The position numbers and the translations under genes are program-made. Of a stretch of 64,000 bases of DNA, positions 34,971-45,594 are shown piece by piece (the first letter of the stretch is position 1; each line of letters begins with the position of its first letter). This DNA comes from an uncultured Actinomycetes bacterium (GTDB lineage: Bacteria > Actinomycetota > Thermoleophilia > Gaiellales > JAICJC01), in the NCBI GenBank assembly GCA_963723785.1, contig CAVRSB010000024.1, positions 3,288 to 67,287 on the forward strand, given 5' to 3'. The notes under the pieces were generated by a model. The model saw nothing but the letters and a program-made list of their open reading frames with translations, was not told the origin of the DNA and ran no database searches.

Positions 34971-35753
34971 TCATAGAGGGGAGGCGGCGATCGCCCCTGC
35001 GATTTCCCCCGCGATCCGCTCCGCGCTGGGTCGGTCCTGGAACACTCCAAACACCGTCGGGCCGCTGCCGGAGACCGCGACTCCCAGCGCTCCCGCCGCC
35101 CGCAACCGCTCCAGGTTCTGGGCCAGCTCGGGTCGCAGCTCGAGCGCCGCCGGCTCCAGGTCGTTGACCAGCAGGGCGCCCACCTCGGCGGGGGTGCGGG
35201 TGATGTGCACCGCCCGGATCAGATCTCCCCGAACGGCCGGGAAGAGCTCGTTGGGCGTGGCCCGGCCGAACACCTCGGCGGTGGAGAGACCGGGCTCGGC
35301 GGGCAGCAGCACGAAGGCGTGGCTGCGGGGGAAATCGACTGCCGGCTCGATCCGGTCGCCGCGGCCGGAACCGAATGCCGTCTCACACCCGCTCAGGAAG
35401 AACGGCACGTCGGCGCCCAGATCCCGAGCGATCGCGTACAGGTCGTTGACGTCGCGGTCGCCGCGCAGCGCGCGCAGCACCGCGGCGGCGTCGGACGAGC
35501 CGCCACCGAGGCCGGCAGCGACCGGGATGCGCTTGGTCAGCGTCACCCGGCGGGTCTCACCCAGCGCCGCCAGCGCGGCGGTCACCAGCGAGTCGTCGAA
35601 GCCGTCCACGGTGGTCTCCTCGGCCTGCTCCAACTCGAGCTCGTCGAACAGGTCGATGGCCTGAAACAGCGTCGCCAGCCGGTGGTAGCCGTCCTCCCGC
35701 AGCGGCCCCACCCGCAGCACCAGATTGACCTTGGCCGGAGCCCGGACGATCAC
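34971..35753 (-). CDS. ispE: 4-diphosphocytidyl-2-C-methyl-D-erythritol kinase
   Basis: The blocks are APAKVNL..L.V and the GHMP motif IPVAAGLGGGSSDAAA. The GTG start overlaps the rsmA stop. Confidence 0.9.
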   Translation of the reverse strand: MIVRAPAKVNLVLRVGPLREDGYHRLATLFQAIDLFDELELEQAEETTVDGFDDSLVTAALAALGETRRVTLTKRIPVAAGLGGGSSDAAAVLRALRGDRDVNDLYAIARDLGADVPFFLSGCETAFGSGRGDRIEPAVDFPRSHAFVLLPAEPGLSTAEVFGRATPNELFPAVRGDLIRAVHITRTPAEVGALLVNDLEPAALELRPELAQNLERLRAAGALGVAVSGSGPTVFGVFQDRPSAERIAGEIAGAIAASPL

Positions 35754-36536
35754 CGCAACTGCTCCGCCAGGGAGAGGAACCGCTGCGGCGGGAGCTGCTC
35801 TGCGCGCAGGCCGGCCACATCTGCCGGAGGGGCCGGCAGCTCGGCCAGCTTGAATGCGTTTGCCAGCGTCTTTCGGCGATAGCCGAAGGCGGCATGCACG
35901 ACCCGGGAGAGCCACTCCCACTCCGGGCCGAACCGAAACTCGCTCGCGGCGCGAGAAGGCCACCAGCGCGGAGTCGACGTTGGGCTCGGGCACAAACACC
36001 GTGCGCGAGACCTTGCGCAGGCCGCGCCGCTCGCAGGCGATCTGGATCAGCACCGACGATGCCCCGTAGGCCTTGGTACCGGGTGACGCGAAGAACCGAT
36101 CGGCCAGCTCGCGCTGCACCATCACGCAGAACCGCGGCACCAGCGGCAGCGCGGTCATCACCACCGGCGTGGCCACCGCGTAGGGCAGGTTTGCGACCAT
36201 CGCCGTGGGCGCCGGGTCGAGGCCGGCGATGTCGACGTCGAGCGCGTCGGCGATCTGCAGCCGCACGTTGGCGCGCTCACCGATGGTGGCGCGCAGCGCC
36301 GGCTCCAGCCGGCGGTCGATCTCGATCGCATGCACCACCGAGACGCGCTCGGCCAGCCACTCGGTCAGCACCCCCACGCCGGCACCGACCTCCAGCACGA
36401 CGTCGCTTGGGTCGAGTTCGATCAGCCTGCCGGCCACATCCAAGACGTTGGAGTCGATCAGGAAGTGCTGCCCCAGATCACGGTCCGGGGTGATCCCGAA
36501 CTCCCGCAGCCGCGCCAGCGAAACCTGGGCCGTCAC
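35750..36536 (-). CDS. rsmA: 16S rRNA (adenine1518/1519-N6)-dimethyltransferase (one frameshift)
   Basis: The blocks are LGQHFL, VLEVGAGVGVLT and VANLPY. The GTG start overlaps the tatD stop. Confidence 0.9.
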
Positions 36537-37258
36537 AGCCCGAACAGACGCTCGGCGTTTCGCTCGATCCGGTCGCCCAGCTCGCTCGCAGAGACGCCCC
36601 GCACCTCGCGCCAGCCGCTCCAGCGTGACGGCCACGTGGGCGGGGCGGTTGGGGGTGCCGCGGTGCGGTATCGGCGAGAGATAGGGGCAGTCGGTCTCGG
36701 CCAGGATGCGTTCCGCCGGGATCCGCGCGGCCGCCTCACGCAGCGGCTCGGCGGACGGGTAGGTGACGTTGCCGGCAAACGAGAACAGATAGCCGCGATC
36801 GATCGCCTCGTCGGTCAGATCGACCGACGAGAAGCAGTGCAACACCACCGGGACACGGGCCGACTGCGAGCACCGCGAAGGTGTCCTGCGTCGGCCTCGC
36901 GGGTGTGGATCACCAGCGGTTTCCCCACCCTGTTGGCGATCTCGACCTGCGCGCGGAAGACGCGCATCTGGTCGTCGCGGGGCGCGTAGTCGCGGTAGTA
37001 GTCGAGCCCACATTCGCCGACGGCCACGACCTGGGGATGGTCGAGCAGCGGCTCGATCGCCGACACGTCGCCCACCACCTCGGCTTCATGGGGATGCCAG
37101 CCGACGATGGCCGAGACCCCCTCGAACTGCTCGGCCAGCTCGACCGCCTGCTCGCGGCCGACCGTGAGGATTCGCCCCACTCCCGCCGCCGCCGCCTCGG
37201 TCACGAGCTGCTCGGCGGGCTCCCGGCACGCGTCCAGGTGCGCATGGGTGTCGATCAT
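36533..37258 (-). CDS. tatD: TatD-family metal-dependent DNase/hydrolase, frameshifted
   Basis: The blocks are MIDTHAHLD, AVGECGLDY, PLVIHTREA, VLHCFS and ETDCPYL. The ATG overlaps the metG stop. Confidence 0.85.
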
Positions 37259-38754
37259 TCTGCCGCGACGCGGGGAAACAGCGGCTGCGGCTGGGTGACC
37301 ACAGCGCCGGGTTCGAGCAGGTTCAGCCCGGCCCGATCCCACCCGGTCGCCCCGGGATCGCCGATCGCTTCGAGCATGGCCGCAGAGGCGCGGGGTATGT
37401 ATGGGGTGAGCAGTACGCCCAGGCTGCGGACGGTGTCGGCCAGTGTGTACAGCGTCTCGTCCAGGCGGACGGCGTCGGCCGGGTCGTCGGACTTGGCCAG
37501 CGCCCACGGCGCGCGTTCCTCGACAAACCGGTTAGCCGACCGGATCAGCACCCAGATCTGCTCCAGCGCGCCGGTCAGGTCGACCGCGTCCAGCCGAGCC
37601 GAGACGTCGTCGGCGACGGAATCGAGCACGTTCTCACCGGCCGGGACGCGCCCGTCGCGGTAGCGGCCGATCATGTTGGTGGCCCGCGAGATCAGGTTGC
37701 CCAGATCGTTGGCCAACTCGCCCTCGTAGCGGCGGTGCAGACCCTCCCAGGTGACATCCCCGTCCTGCCCCCACTGCACCTCTCGCATCAGGTAGAACCG
37801 CAGCGCATCGGAGCCCAGCCGGTCGACCACCTCGAACGGGTCGATCACGTTGCCCAGCGTCTTGGACATCTTCTGGCCGCCGGAGGTGAAGTAGCCGTGG
37901 ACGAACAGACCCTGCGGCACCTCGTAGCCCGCGGCCATCAACATCGCCGGCCAGATGATGCCGTGCAGGCGCAGGATGTCCTTGGCCATCACATGCAGCG
38001 AGGTCGGCCAGAACTCGGCCGTCACGTCGCGGCCGAGCCCGTACTCGAGTGCGGTGCGGTAGTTGAGCAGGGCGTCCACCCATACGTAGATGGTCTGCGA
38101 CGGGTCCCACGGCAGCGGCACCCCCCAGCTGACTGTGGCGCGGCTGAAGGACACGTCTTCGAGCCCACCGGCAATCAGCGAACGGGCCTCGTTGTAGCGG
38201 GTGTGGGGCCTGACGAAATCCGGATTCTGGTCGTACAGCTCGAGCAGCTTGGGCGCCCACTTGGTGAGCGGGAAGAACCAGTTGGACTCCTCCAGCCACT
38301 CGGTCGGCCGGTTGTGGATCGGGCACACATTTCCGGGCTGGACGAGGTCTGACTCGGCGTAGAACACCTCACAGCTGGAGCAGTAAAACCCGGCATAGAC
38401 GCCCTCGTACAACTCGCCCAGATCGCGCAGCCGCTGCACGAAGGCCTGCACCCGCAGCTCGTGCTCGGGGTCGGTGGTGCGGATGAAGAAGTCGTGGGTG
38501 GAATCCATCGCCTCGGCCAGCGCCCGAAAGCGAGCCGACACCTGATCACAGAAGGCCTTTGGCTCCATCCCGGCCGCCTCCGCTGCCCGAGCGACGTTGC
38601 CGCCGTGCTCGTCAGTGCCGGTCAGAAAAAACACCGATTCGCCGCGGGCGCGCTTGTATCGGGCCAGCACGTCGGTGGCGACGGTCGTGTACGCGTGCCC
38701 CAGATGGGGATCGGAGTTCACGTAGTAGATCGGTGTGGTGACAGAGTAAGACAT
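37255..38754 (-). CDS. metG: Methionine--tRNA ligase (short form)
   Basis: Intact 499-aa ORF with the HIGH-type motif PHLGHAYT and the KMSKS-type motif KMSKT. Confidence 0.95.
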   Translation of the reverse strand: MSYSVTTPIYYVNSDPHLGHAYTTVATDVLARYKRARGESVFFLTGTDEHGGNVARAAEAAGMEPKAFCDQVSARFRALAEAMDSTHDFFIRTTDPEHELRVQAFVQRLRDLGELYEGVYAGFYCSSCEVFYAESDLVQPGNVCPIHNRPTEWLEESNWFFPLTKWAPKLLELYDQNPDFVRPHTRYNEARSLIAGGLEDVSFSRATVSWGVPLPWDPSQTIYVWVDALLNYRTALEYGLGRDVTAEFWPTSLHVMAKDILRLHGIIWPAMLMAAGYEVPQGLFVHGYFTSGGQKMSKTLGNVIDPFEVVDRLGSDALRFYLMREVQWGQDGDVTWEGLHRRYEGELANDLGNLISRATNMIGRYRDGRVPAGENVLDSVADDVSARLDAVDLTGALEQIWVLIRSANRFVEERAPWALAKSDDPADAVRLDETLYTLADTVRSLGVLLTPYIPRASAAMLEAIGDPGATGWDRAGLNLLEPGAVVTQPQPLFPRVAAE

Positions 38755-38839
38755 GTGTTTGACAACTTCCGTGGCAATTCATCGCTGCAACCTGTATGGT
38801 CGCCCAGAGCAGTCATCCTAACGGGCAAAGGGGTGGGCG

Positions 38840-39139
38840 ATGGCCAGCGGCAGGCAGGTGGGGCCGCCGAAGGCGCGATCAGCGATCGGCGCTGGAGGCG
38901 TCGTACGACGGATCGATGAACTGGGGCGGATCGTGATCCCCGTGGAGATCCGACGGCGGCTGGGGATCGAGGTCCACGATCCCCTCGAAATCGGGGTACG
39001 GGGGGACACCATCACCCTCTCGACCCCACACGATGTGTGCGTGTTTTGCGGAACGCGTTCCGGCCTGACCGAGTATCACGGTCGGCATGTGTGCGCGGGC
39101 TGCAGGATCGAGCTGGCCGGCGGCGTCATCTCCCGGTGA
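38840..39139 (+). CDS. AbrB/SpoVT-family DNA-binding protein with C-terminal four-Cys zinc-ribbon-like tail
   Basis: The SpoVT-AbrB signature is VVRRIDELGRIVIPVEIRRRLGI, followed by CVFCG..(13)..CAGC. It sits between rsmI and metG on the opposite strand. Confidence 0.75.
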   Translation: MASGRQVGPPKARSAIGAGGVVRRIDELGRIVIPVEIRRRLGIEVHDPLEIGVRGDTITLSTPHDVCVFCGTRSGLTEYHGRHVCAGCRIELAGGVISR

Positions 39140-39932
39140 GCGTGCGATAAAGCTGGTTGCGCGGCGCGCCGGTAAGGCGTGCGCCCAGCTCCGCCGCTCG
39201 CCGCACCCCGATCGTCCCGGCCAGCTCGGAAAGCGCATCCAGGGGCACCTGCGCCGCCGGTGCATCGACGGCCTGCAGCACCAGTGTGATCTCGCCCCGG
39301 GGGGCGACGCGAAACTGCTCGGCCAGTTCCGCCAGCGTCCCGCGGGCGACCTCCTGGTGCAGCTTGGTGAGCTCACGGCAGACAGCGGCGCGGCGCTCGG
39401 GGTCACGCTCGCTGAGCGCGCGCAGCGTAGCCGGCAGCCTCCGCGGCGACTCGAACACCACCACCGGTAGCCCAGCCACGTCGAAACGCTGCAGGGCGGT
39501 CTCGCGTGCCGCGGCCGACCGCGGCAGGAACCCCGCAAAAACGAACCCGCCTCCGGCCAGACCCGAAGTGGCGATTGCGGTGGTCACGGCCGAGGCCCCC
39601 GGAAGCACATCCAGCTCCAGCCCGGCATCGAGCACCGCCGCCACCAGCCGCGCGCCGGGGTCGGAGACGAGCGGCATCCCCGCGTCGGACACCAGTGCCA
39701 CCTGCCCGCCGGCGGCGATCCGCTCCACCAGCTCCGGCGCTCGGGCCTGCTCGTTGTGCTCGTGCAGCGACATCATGCGAGTGGAGATCCCGTGGGCCGC
39801 GCACAGGGTGGCGGTGCGACGGGTGTCCTCGCAGGCGATCACGTCAGCCGCACGGAGCGCCTCGATCACACGCACGGTGATGTCGCCCAGGTTCCCGATC
39901 GGCGTCGGGCACACCGTCAGGCGACCGCTCAC
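39126..39932 (-). CDS. rsmI: 16S rRNA (cytidine1402-2'-O)-methyltransferase
   Basis: The blocks are TPIGNLGDIT, IACEDTR and SDAGMPLVSDPG. The GTG start overlaps the glucokinase stop. Confidence 0.9.
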   Translation of the reverse strand: MSGRLTVCPTPIGNLGDITVRVIEALRAADVIACEDTRRTATLCAAHGISTRMMSLHEHNEQARAPELVERIAAGGQVALVSDAGMPLVSDPGARLVAAVLDAGLELDVLPGASAVTTAIATSGLAGGGFVFAGFLPRSAAARETALQRFDVAGLPVVVFESPRRLPATLRALSERDPERRAAVCRELTKLHQEVARGTLAELAEQFRVAPRGEITLVLQAVDAPAAQVPLDALSELAGTIGVRRAAELGARLTGAPRNQLYRTLTGR

Positions 39933-40933
39933 GACAGGATCAGCGCGGCGGCACCCAGCACACCGGCGGTGTTGCCGAGCTTGGCCGGCGCGATCGTGGC
40001 CTCGTGCAACGGCGCCGGCAGCGCCCGCCGCCCGGCCTCGTCGCGCGCCGGGCCGAGGATCAGCTCTCCCGCGGCGGAGATGCCGCCGCCAACCACCACA
40101 GCCTGGGGATTGAAGATGTTGATGTAGTTGGAGATACCCACGCCCAGGTGCCGCCCCACCACCGCCAGCGCCTCGATGCACTCCGCCTCGCCGGCGAGGC
40201 CCCGCTCGATCACATGGTGCACGTCCAGCGTCCCGGCGGTGCGGGCGGTGGCCAGGGTGCCGTCGGGCTGCCGATCGGCGATCGCCTGAGCCGCGTGCAT
40301 CACGCCCACCGCCGAGGCCATCACCTCGAGACATCCGTGGTTGGGGCAGTGGCCCTGACACCGCGGCCCGTCCTCAGCCACCACCATGTGGCCGAGCTCC
40401 CCGCCATAGCCGGTCGCGCCCCGGTAGATCTGGCCATCGATCACGATCCCGCCGCCCACCCCGGTGCCAAGCGTGAGCATGATCACGTGGCTGAGCCCGC
40501 GGGCCACGCCGACCAGCGCTTCGGCCAGGCAGGCGACGTTGGCGTCGTTGTCGATCTCCACAGGGAGCCCCAGTCGCTGGGTCATCTCCTCTTTGAAGGC
40601 GATGTCTGCAATCGGCACGTTGGTGGAGTCGATCACTCGCCCGGTCATCTGGTTCACCTGCGACGGCAGGCCGAATCCGACTCCCTGAACTTCGGTCCCG
40701 CTGCGCACCGTCTCCACCAGCCCGACGATCGATTCGAGCAGCGCATGCTGGCTCGACACGTCGGTTGGGACGGAGTCGTGAGCGACCACCTCGAGCGTCG
40801 GTGAGACCAGCGCTGCCTTGATCGACGTGCCGCCCAGATCGATGCCGACCGCAGGAATCTTGGAGGATTTCAACACACCGGTGGCTAACATACCGGGCGT
40901 GCCGGCATCGAAACAGGGCAAGGGGTTCCGCAC
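39929..40933 (-). CDS. ROK-family glucokinase (start uncertain: 40933 or ATG at 40891)
   Basis: The blocks are GIDLGGTSIK and LTLGTGVGGGIV, with the ROK zinc motif GHMVV..CQGHCPNHGCLE. Confidence 0.85.
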   Translation of the reverse strand: MRNPLPCFDAGTPGMLATGVLKSSKIPAVGIDLGGTSIKAALVSPTLEVVAHDSVPTDVSSQHALLESIVGLVETVRSGTEVQGVGFGLPSQVNQMTGRVIDSTNVPIADIAFKEEMTQRLGLPVEIDNDANVACLAEALVGVARGLSHVIMLTLGTGVGGGIVIDGQIYRGATGYGGELGHMVVAEDGPRCQGHCPNHGCLEVMASAVGVMHAAQAIADRQPDGTLATARTAGTLDVHHVIERGLAGEAECIEALAVVGRHLGVGISNYINIFNPQAVVVGGGISAAGELILGPARDEAGRRALPAPLHEATIAPAKLGNTAGVLGAAALILS

Positions 40934-42101
40934 CTATCGAGGGGGTCGCTCAGGCAACGACCCGGAAGCCGCACGATTTGAGTTCGGAGCGGCCGCAGGC
41001 GCCACCGCAGCACCGCCGCGACCGACGCCAGAGGGCATGCCGGCACCCGAAATGGCTCCCCCGGGCGCCCCGCCCGACCGGCCGATCGTGGCTGCCCCGG
41101 GGCGTCCCAAGCCGCCTTCTCGGCCCCGCCGGATCGGCTGGAAGCGCGGTATTCTGCTGGCCGCGGCCGCGATCATGGTGGTCTTGGGAGTATGGGTGTT
41201 CCTGGGGTACCGCGCGTTCTCCAACGAGGTCGCGAAGGCCAACGCCCGCCTGGACAAACGCACCAAGTCGGCGCTGGCACCCAGCGGAAGCGTGCTGTTC
41301 AACAGTCAGAACACGCTGGTGATGGGCTCCGACAGCCGCGGGTCAAACGCGGTGTCCGGCGCGCGCGCCGACTCGATCCTGATCTTTCGCACCGACCCCG
41401 GCAAGCATCTGATCTCGATGCTCTCGATCCCCCGCGACCTGAGTGTGCCGATTCCCGGTCATGGCGTGAACAAGATCAACGCCGCCTTCGCCTACGGCGG
41501 TCCGAAGCTTTTGATCCGCACTGTCAACCACCTCACCGGGCTCAAGATCAACCACGTGGTGCTGGTCGATTTCCAAGGATTCCGTGAGCTGATCGACTCA
41601 CTCGGCGGGGTCACGATCCAGAACCCGACCAAGGTGATCTCGTCACAGCCCTTCGACGGGCACGGGTGGCGGTTCGAGAAGGGCACGATCACGCTGGACG
41701 GCCGGCATGCACTGGCCTACTCGCGGATCCGCCACACCACCAACCCGCGTGACTCCGATATCACCCGCACCCAGCGACAGCAGCGGGTCATGACCGCGCT
41801 CGGCCATCAGCTGGTCAGCCCGTGGAACATCTTCAACCTGCCCGACATCGGCCGCGCGATCGCCAAGCCGCTGGCGACCGACCTGACCGCAAACGACTTC
41901 CTCGAGCTGGGTTGGGTCAAGTTCCGCGCGAGCCGCACCTTGCAGTGCCACCTGGGCGGCAGCCCGCAGGTGATCGGCGGCCAGGACGTGCTCGTCTCCA
42001 GCCCGCAGAACGCCGCGGTGCTGGGCATGTTCCTCGGCAAGCAGGCCCCCCAGCACACCGCCAGGGGCTCACTCTACGGCCCCGGCTGCTCCGTGCACTA
42101 G
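40818..42101 (+). CDS. LytR-CpsA-Psr (LCP) family cell-envelope phosphotransferase (start uncertain; GTG at 40881 or 40899 is also possible)
   Basis: A Pro-rich cytoplasmic tail is followed by one TM helix. The LCP core has RADSILIFRTDP and SIPRDL, then INAAFAYGGP. Confidence 0.85.
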   Translation: MIDVPPRSMPTAGILEDFNTPVANIPGVPASKQGKGFRTYRGGRSGNDPEAARFEFGAAAGATAAPPRPTPEGMPAPEMAPPGAPPDRPIVAAPGRPKPPSRPRRIGWKRGILLAAAAIMVVLGVWVFLGYRAFSNEVAKANARLDKRTKSALAPSGSVLFNSQNTLVMGSDSRGSNAVSGARADSILIFRTDPGKHLISMLSIPRDLSVPIPGHGVNKINAAFAYGGPKLLIRTVNHLTGLKINHVVLVDFQGFRELIDSLGGVTIQNPTKVISSQPFDGHGWRFEKGTITLDGRHALAYSRIRHTTNPRDSDITRTQRQQRVMTALGHQLVSPWNIFNLPDIGRAIAKPLATDLTANDFLELGWVKFRASRTLQCHLGGSPQVIGGQDVLVSSPQNAAVLGMFLGKQAPQHTARGSLYGPGCSVH

Positions 42102-42116
42102 CTCGGGCGCCTCGAG

Positions 42117-42149
42117 ATGAATAATTGGTGCCTGGCACCAATTCTTCAG
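42117..42149. repeat. AT-rich palindrome family, copy 4 (most degenerate): ATGAATAATTGGTGCC-T-GGCACCAATTCTTCAG
   Basis: Read directly from the sequence. It lies between the convergent LCP and FmdB-like genes. Confidence 0.9.
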
Positions 42150-42470
42150 CCCTCGGCAGCTTTTTTCTTGTCCCCGCTGGAGCTCGGAGTCGGACTTCTT
42201 GGAGTCGCCACTCGAGTTGCTGCCCGAGGAGGAGTCCGAGCTCGACTTGGACTCGCCCCCGCCCTCGCTCTTGGAGTCGGACGGCTTCTTTTTGCCCTTG
42301 CCGTAGTCAGTGTTGTAGAACCCTGAGCCCTTGAAGTGAATCGCCACCGGGTGCAACACGCGCACGGCAGGAGCGCCGCACACCTCGCACACCTCGATCG
42401 GATCATCCGAAAACCGTTGCAGCACCTCGAATCGGTGATCGTTGGTGCAGCGATACTCGTAAATGGGCAT
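42146..42470 (-). CDS. FmdB-family putative regulatory zinc-ribbon protein with Ser/Lys-rich tail; 3' end depends on a probable indel
   Basis: It starts MPIYEYRC..(20)..CEVCG. The listed frame reads through the palindrome to 42069. The alternative frame ends ..GDKKKAAEG with a TGA at 42146-42148 inside the palindrome arm. Confidence 0.65.
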
Positions 42471-42544
42471 AGCACCTAGAGTATACCGGTGGTGTGTAGC
42501 GCCCCGGGAAGGCCGGAAACCCCGTCCGATACCATCACCGCCGT

Positions 42545-43732
42545 ATGCGCATCGCAATCGTGACTGACTTCTACTACCCGGCGCTGGGCGGGATCTCAGA
42601 GCACGTCGACGGCCAGGCCCGGGCACTCACCGCGATGGGCCACGAGGTGACTGTGATCACCGGCAACCACATCGTGCAGCCGTCTGCCAAAGACGACGAT
42701 CTACCACCTCCCGAGCCCACCTTCGAGCTGCTGCGGATCGGCACCATCATTCCCGTGTACGTCCCCGGTTGGGGCAACAACGCGCAGACACAGCACGTGA
42801 TCGGGCCGTGGCTGGGCCAGCGCCTGGGCCGCCTGTTTCGCGAGCGGGGATTCGACGTGGTGCACGTGCACGCGCCCTACAACCCGCCGATGCCGGCCTG
42901 GGCGATCGAGCACACCCCCTACGACGCGCTCTCGGTCGCAACCTTCCACAGCGTGTTTCCGCCGACCACCGGGATGGACATCCTGGCCGCCTGGACACGT
43001 CCGCTGATCGAGCGCCTGGACGGCCGCATCTGCGTGTCGGAAGCGTGCATCGGTTCGCTCACGCCGTACTTCCCCTTTGCCTACCACGTGATCCCCAACG
43101 GCATCGACACGGAGCTGTTCTCGCCCCAAGCCGAGCCCGTAGCCGAGCTGATGGGCGATCACCAGAACATCGTCTTTGTGGGTCGCTTCGACCCCCGCAA
43201 CGGCCTCGATACGATGATCGACGCGTTCAAGCTGCTGTATGCCGAGCGTGGGTCATCGGTGCGCCTGGTGGTGGTCGGAGACGGCCCGCTGCGCAAGAAG
43301 TACGAACACCAGCTGGGCGAGCTGCGCGGCAGTGCCCACTTCGCCGGGCGGTTGAACCGCAGCCGGCCCAACCACCTGGTCAGCGGCGACGTCTTCTGTA
43401 CCCCCTGTAACCGGGCGTCGTTCGGCATGGTGCTGCTGGAAGCGATGAGCTGCGGCCGCCCCGTGGTGGCCAGCCGGATCTCCGGCTTCCAGCTGGTCAT
43501 GCGCGACGGCGTACACGGATACATGATCGAGCCGGCCGACTCGGCGGAGTTGTTTGCTGCCGCGCTGGGCCGTCTGCTGGACAGTGAGGCCGACCGTGTG
43601 CGGATGGGAGCTGCGGGGCGCCGGGAAGCCCTCGAGCGCTACTCGTGGTCACGGGTCGGCGCCCAGCTCGAGACCTATTACACCGACCTGATCGCCGGCC
43701 GGCAGCCGTCATGGGCAAACGCCAGACACTGA
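42545..43732 (+). CDS. GT4-family glycosyltransferase
   Basis: Intact 395-aa ORF. The N-terminus is MRIAIVTDFYYPALGGISEHV. The C-terminal EX7E-type region is FGMVLLEAMSCGRPVVAS. Confidence 0.85.
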   Translation: MRIAIVTDFYYPALGGISEHVDGQARALTAMGHEVTVITGNHIVQPSAKDDDLPPPEPTFELLRIGTIIPVYVPGWGNNAQTQHVIGPWLGQRLGRLFRERGFDVVHVHAPYNPPMPAWAIEHTPYDALSVATFHSVFPPTTGMDILAAWTRPLIERLDGRICVSEACIGSLTPYFPFAYHVIPNGIDTELFSPQAEPVAELMGDHQNIVFVGRFDPRNGLDTMIDAFKLLYAERGSSVRLVVVGDGPLRKKYEHQLGELRGSAHFAGRLNRSRPNHLVSGDVFCTPCNRASFGMVLLEAMSCGRPVVASRISGFQLVMRDGVHGYMIEPADSAELFAAALGRLLDSEADRVRMGAAGRREALERYSWSRVGAQLETYYTDLIAGRQPSWANARH

Positions 43733-45594
43733 CCATCTACGGGGCTTGTGCGGCGGTCGTGATCGTGATCGCGGCGATCGTCGGCGAGCAGCTGGAGAAG
43801 TCTCACGGAAAGACGCTGGTGGCGGTGATCGTGCTGGGCCTGATGGCGTGGACATGGGGCACGTTCACCCCCAACTCGCGCGTGTTCGGCAAGGTCATCG
43901 GACGGGGATTCACGCCCAGTCCGGTGGTGGCGATCACCTTCGACGACGGCCCCACCGAAGAGTTCACTCCCGGAGTGCTGGACGCACTGCGCCAGGCCGG
44001 CGTCAAAGCCACATTCTTCTGCCTGGGTCGTAACGTGCACGCCCACCCCGAGCTCGCCCGCCGGATCGTGGACGAGGGCCACGAGCTTGCCAGCCACGGC
44101 TATGACCACGGCATCATGGCGTTCGCCCGACCCAAGGAGATCGCTCGTCAGCTGCGCTCCACCGAGGCCGAGATCGAGACTGCGGTCGGGCCCCACGGGG
44201 TTCACCTGTTTCGCACTCCCCACGGCTTTCGCAGCATCTTCGTGGTGCGAGTCGCCCGCGAACTGGGATACCGGGTGGTGGGCTGGACCGGCAGCGTCTT
44301 CGACACCGCCAAGCCCGGCACCGAGGTGATCGTGGCGCGCTGCGCCAAGCACCTGCACCCGGGCGCGATCCTGTTGCTGCACGATGGCGACGGCAGCGGC
44401 GCGGGCGACGACCGCTCCCAGACCGTGGCGGCGCTCCCGGGGATCTTCGCCGCCGCCCGAGAGCGGGAGCTCGAGTTCGTGACCGTGACCGAGCTCTCCC
44501 ATCAGCTGCGCCCGCACCCGCGCATGGTGCTCAAGTCGATCGCGGTGGCGGCGGTGCTGGTGGCGGTGGTGGTGGCGGTGTCACAACGGTTCAGCTTCGG
44601 TGTGGTGGCCGACGTCTTCACCGAGGCCAAGTTCGGCTTCGTGGCGCTGGCGCTGCTCGCCAACCTGGCATCGGTCGGCGCCAAGGCGCTCACCTGGCAG
44701 GCGGCGCTGGCGGCGGTGGACAAGGTTGAGGGTGAGGAGCGGGTGAACGCCCGCCTGTCGGACGTCGTCCCGGCCATCTTCATCGGCTTCCTCATGAACA
44801 CGATCCTGTTCGCACGCCTGGGTGAGGTCGCCCGCGTGTCGGTGCTGCGCCGCAAGCTGCACGCCCGGGGTATCCATCTCCCGGTCTCGACCGCCGTTGG
44901 CACGCTGGTGACCGAGCAGATCCTGTCGGGCATCACGCTGGTGCTGGTGCTGGTCGGGGTGGTCGCCTACGTGCCGGTTCCCCGGCAGGCGATCAACCTG
45001 CTGGCGGTGCTGTCGGCGGTGGTGCTCTCGATCGCGCTGGCGGCCGCGATCATCGAGCTGTGGGCGCGCTTCCGGCGCAACCGCGTTCCCCACGACCCGG
45101 CCGATTACGTGGAGCGCTGGTGGCACCTGATGGGGATCAGCTTCACCGCGGTGTTTGTGTCGATGCGCCAAGGGCAGGCCATCTTCCGTCAGCCGCGGCT
45201 GCTGGTGTGGGGGCTGTTCGTTTCCACGCTGTCGTGGTTGGCGCAGCTCTTGGGCATCTACTGGACGCTCAAGGCGTACTCGATCCCGGTGGGCGTGGGG
45301 GCCGCCGGCGTCGTCTTCCTGGCGTCCAACCTGGTGCAACTCTTCCCCATCACTCCGGGTAATCTGGGAGTGTTTCAGGCCGCGACTGCAACCTTGCTGG
45401 CGCGGCTGTATTCGGTACCTGCACGGGCTGCCGTGACGTTCTCGATCGGCCTCCAGCTGATCGAAGCGCTGCTCGGCGTCGGTGTCGGCTTCGTGTTTCT
45501 GTCGCTGGAAGGATTGTCCGTGGGCGCACTGAGGACGGAAATGGAAGAGGAGGGAGAGGCGACATCCGCCGCATCGCCGCAACTGCTCTCGTGA
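43711..45594 (+). CDS. Fusion protein: NodB-type polysaccharide deacetylase plus a polytopic flippase-like domain resembling the lysylphosphatidylglycerol-synthase TM region
   Basis: The NodB motifs are ITFDDGP, ASHGYDH and LLLHDG. They are followed by about 8 predicted TM helices. The ORF is intact, and ATG at 43711 overlaps the GT4 3' end. Confidence 0.7.
   Translation: MGKRQTLTIYGACAAVVIVIAAIVGEQLEKSHGKTLVAVIVLGLMAWTWGTFTPNSRVFGKVIGRGFTPSPVVAITFDDGPTEEFTPGVLDALRQAGVKATFFCLGRNVHAHPELARRIVDEGHELASHGYDHGIMAFARPKEIARQLRSTEAEIETAVGPHGVHLFRTPHGFRSIFVVRVARELGYRVVGWTGSVFDTAKPGTEVIVARCAKHLHPGAILLLHDGDGSGAGDDRSQTVAALPGIFAAARERELEFVTVTELSHQLRPHPRMVLKSIAVAAVLVAVVVAVSQRFSFGVVADVFTEAKFGFVALALLANLASVGAKALTWQAALAAVDKVEGEERVNARLSDVVPAIFIGFLMNTILFARLGEVARVSVLRRKLHARGIHLPVSTAVGTLVTEQILSGITLVLVLVGVVAYVPVPRQAINLLAVLSAVVLSIALAAAIIELWARFRRNRVPHDPADYVERWWHLMGISFTAVFVSMRQGQAIFRQPRLLVWGLFVSTLSWLAQLLGIYWTLKAYSIPVGVGAAGVVFLASNLVQLFPITPGNLGVFQAATATLLARLYSVPARAAVTFSIGLQLIEALLGVGVGFVFLSLEGLSVGALRTEMEEEGEATSAASPQLLS

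Noticed and set aside
42117-42326. ORFs that begin or run inside the palindromes: MNKRCLAPFIH at 6819, MNNWCLAPI at 42117, 42125..42334, 46008..46283(-), 62771..63421(-).
   Set aside because: The repeated peptide is just the translation of the palindrome. The ORFs overlap better-supported genes or have no other coding signal.
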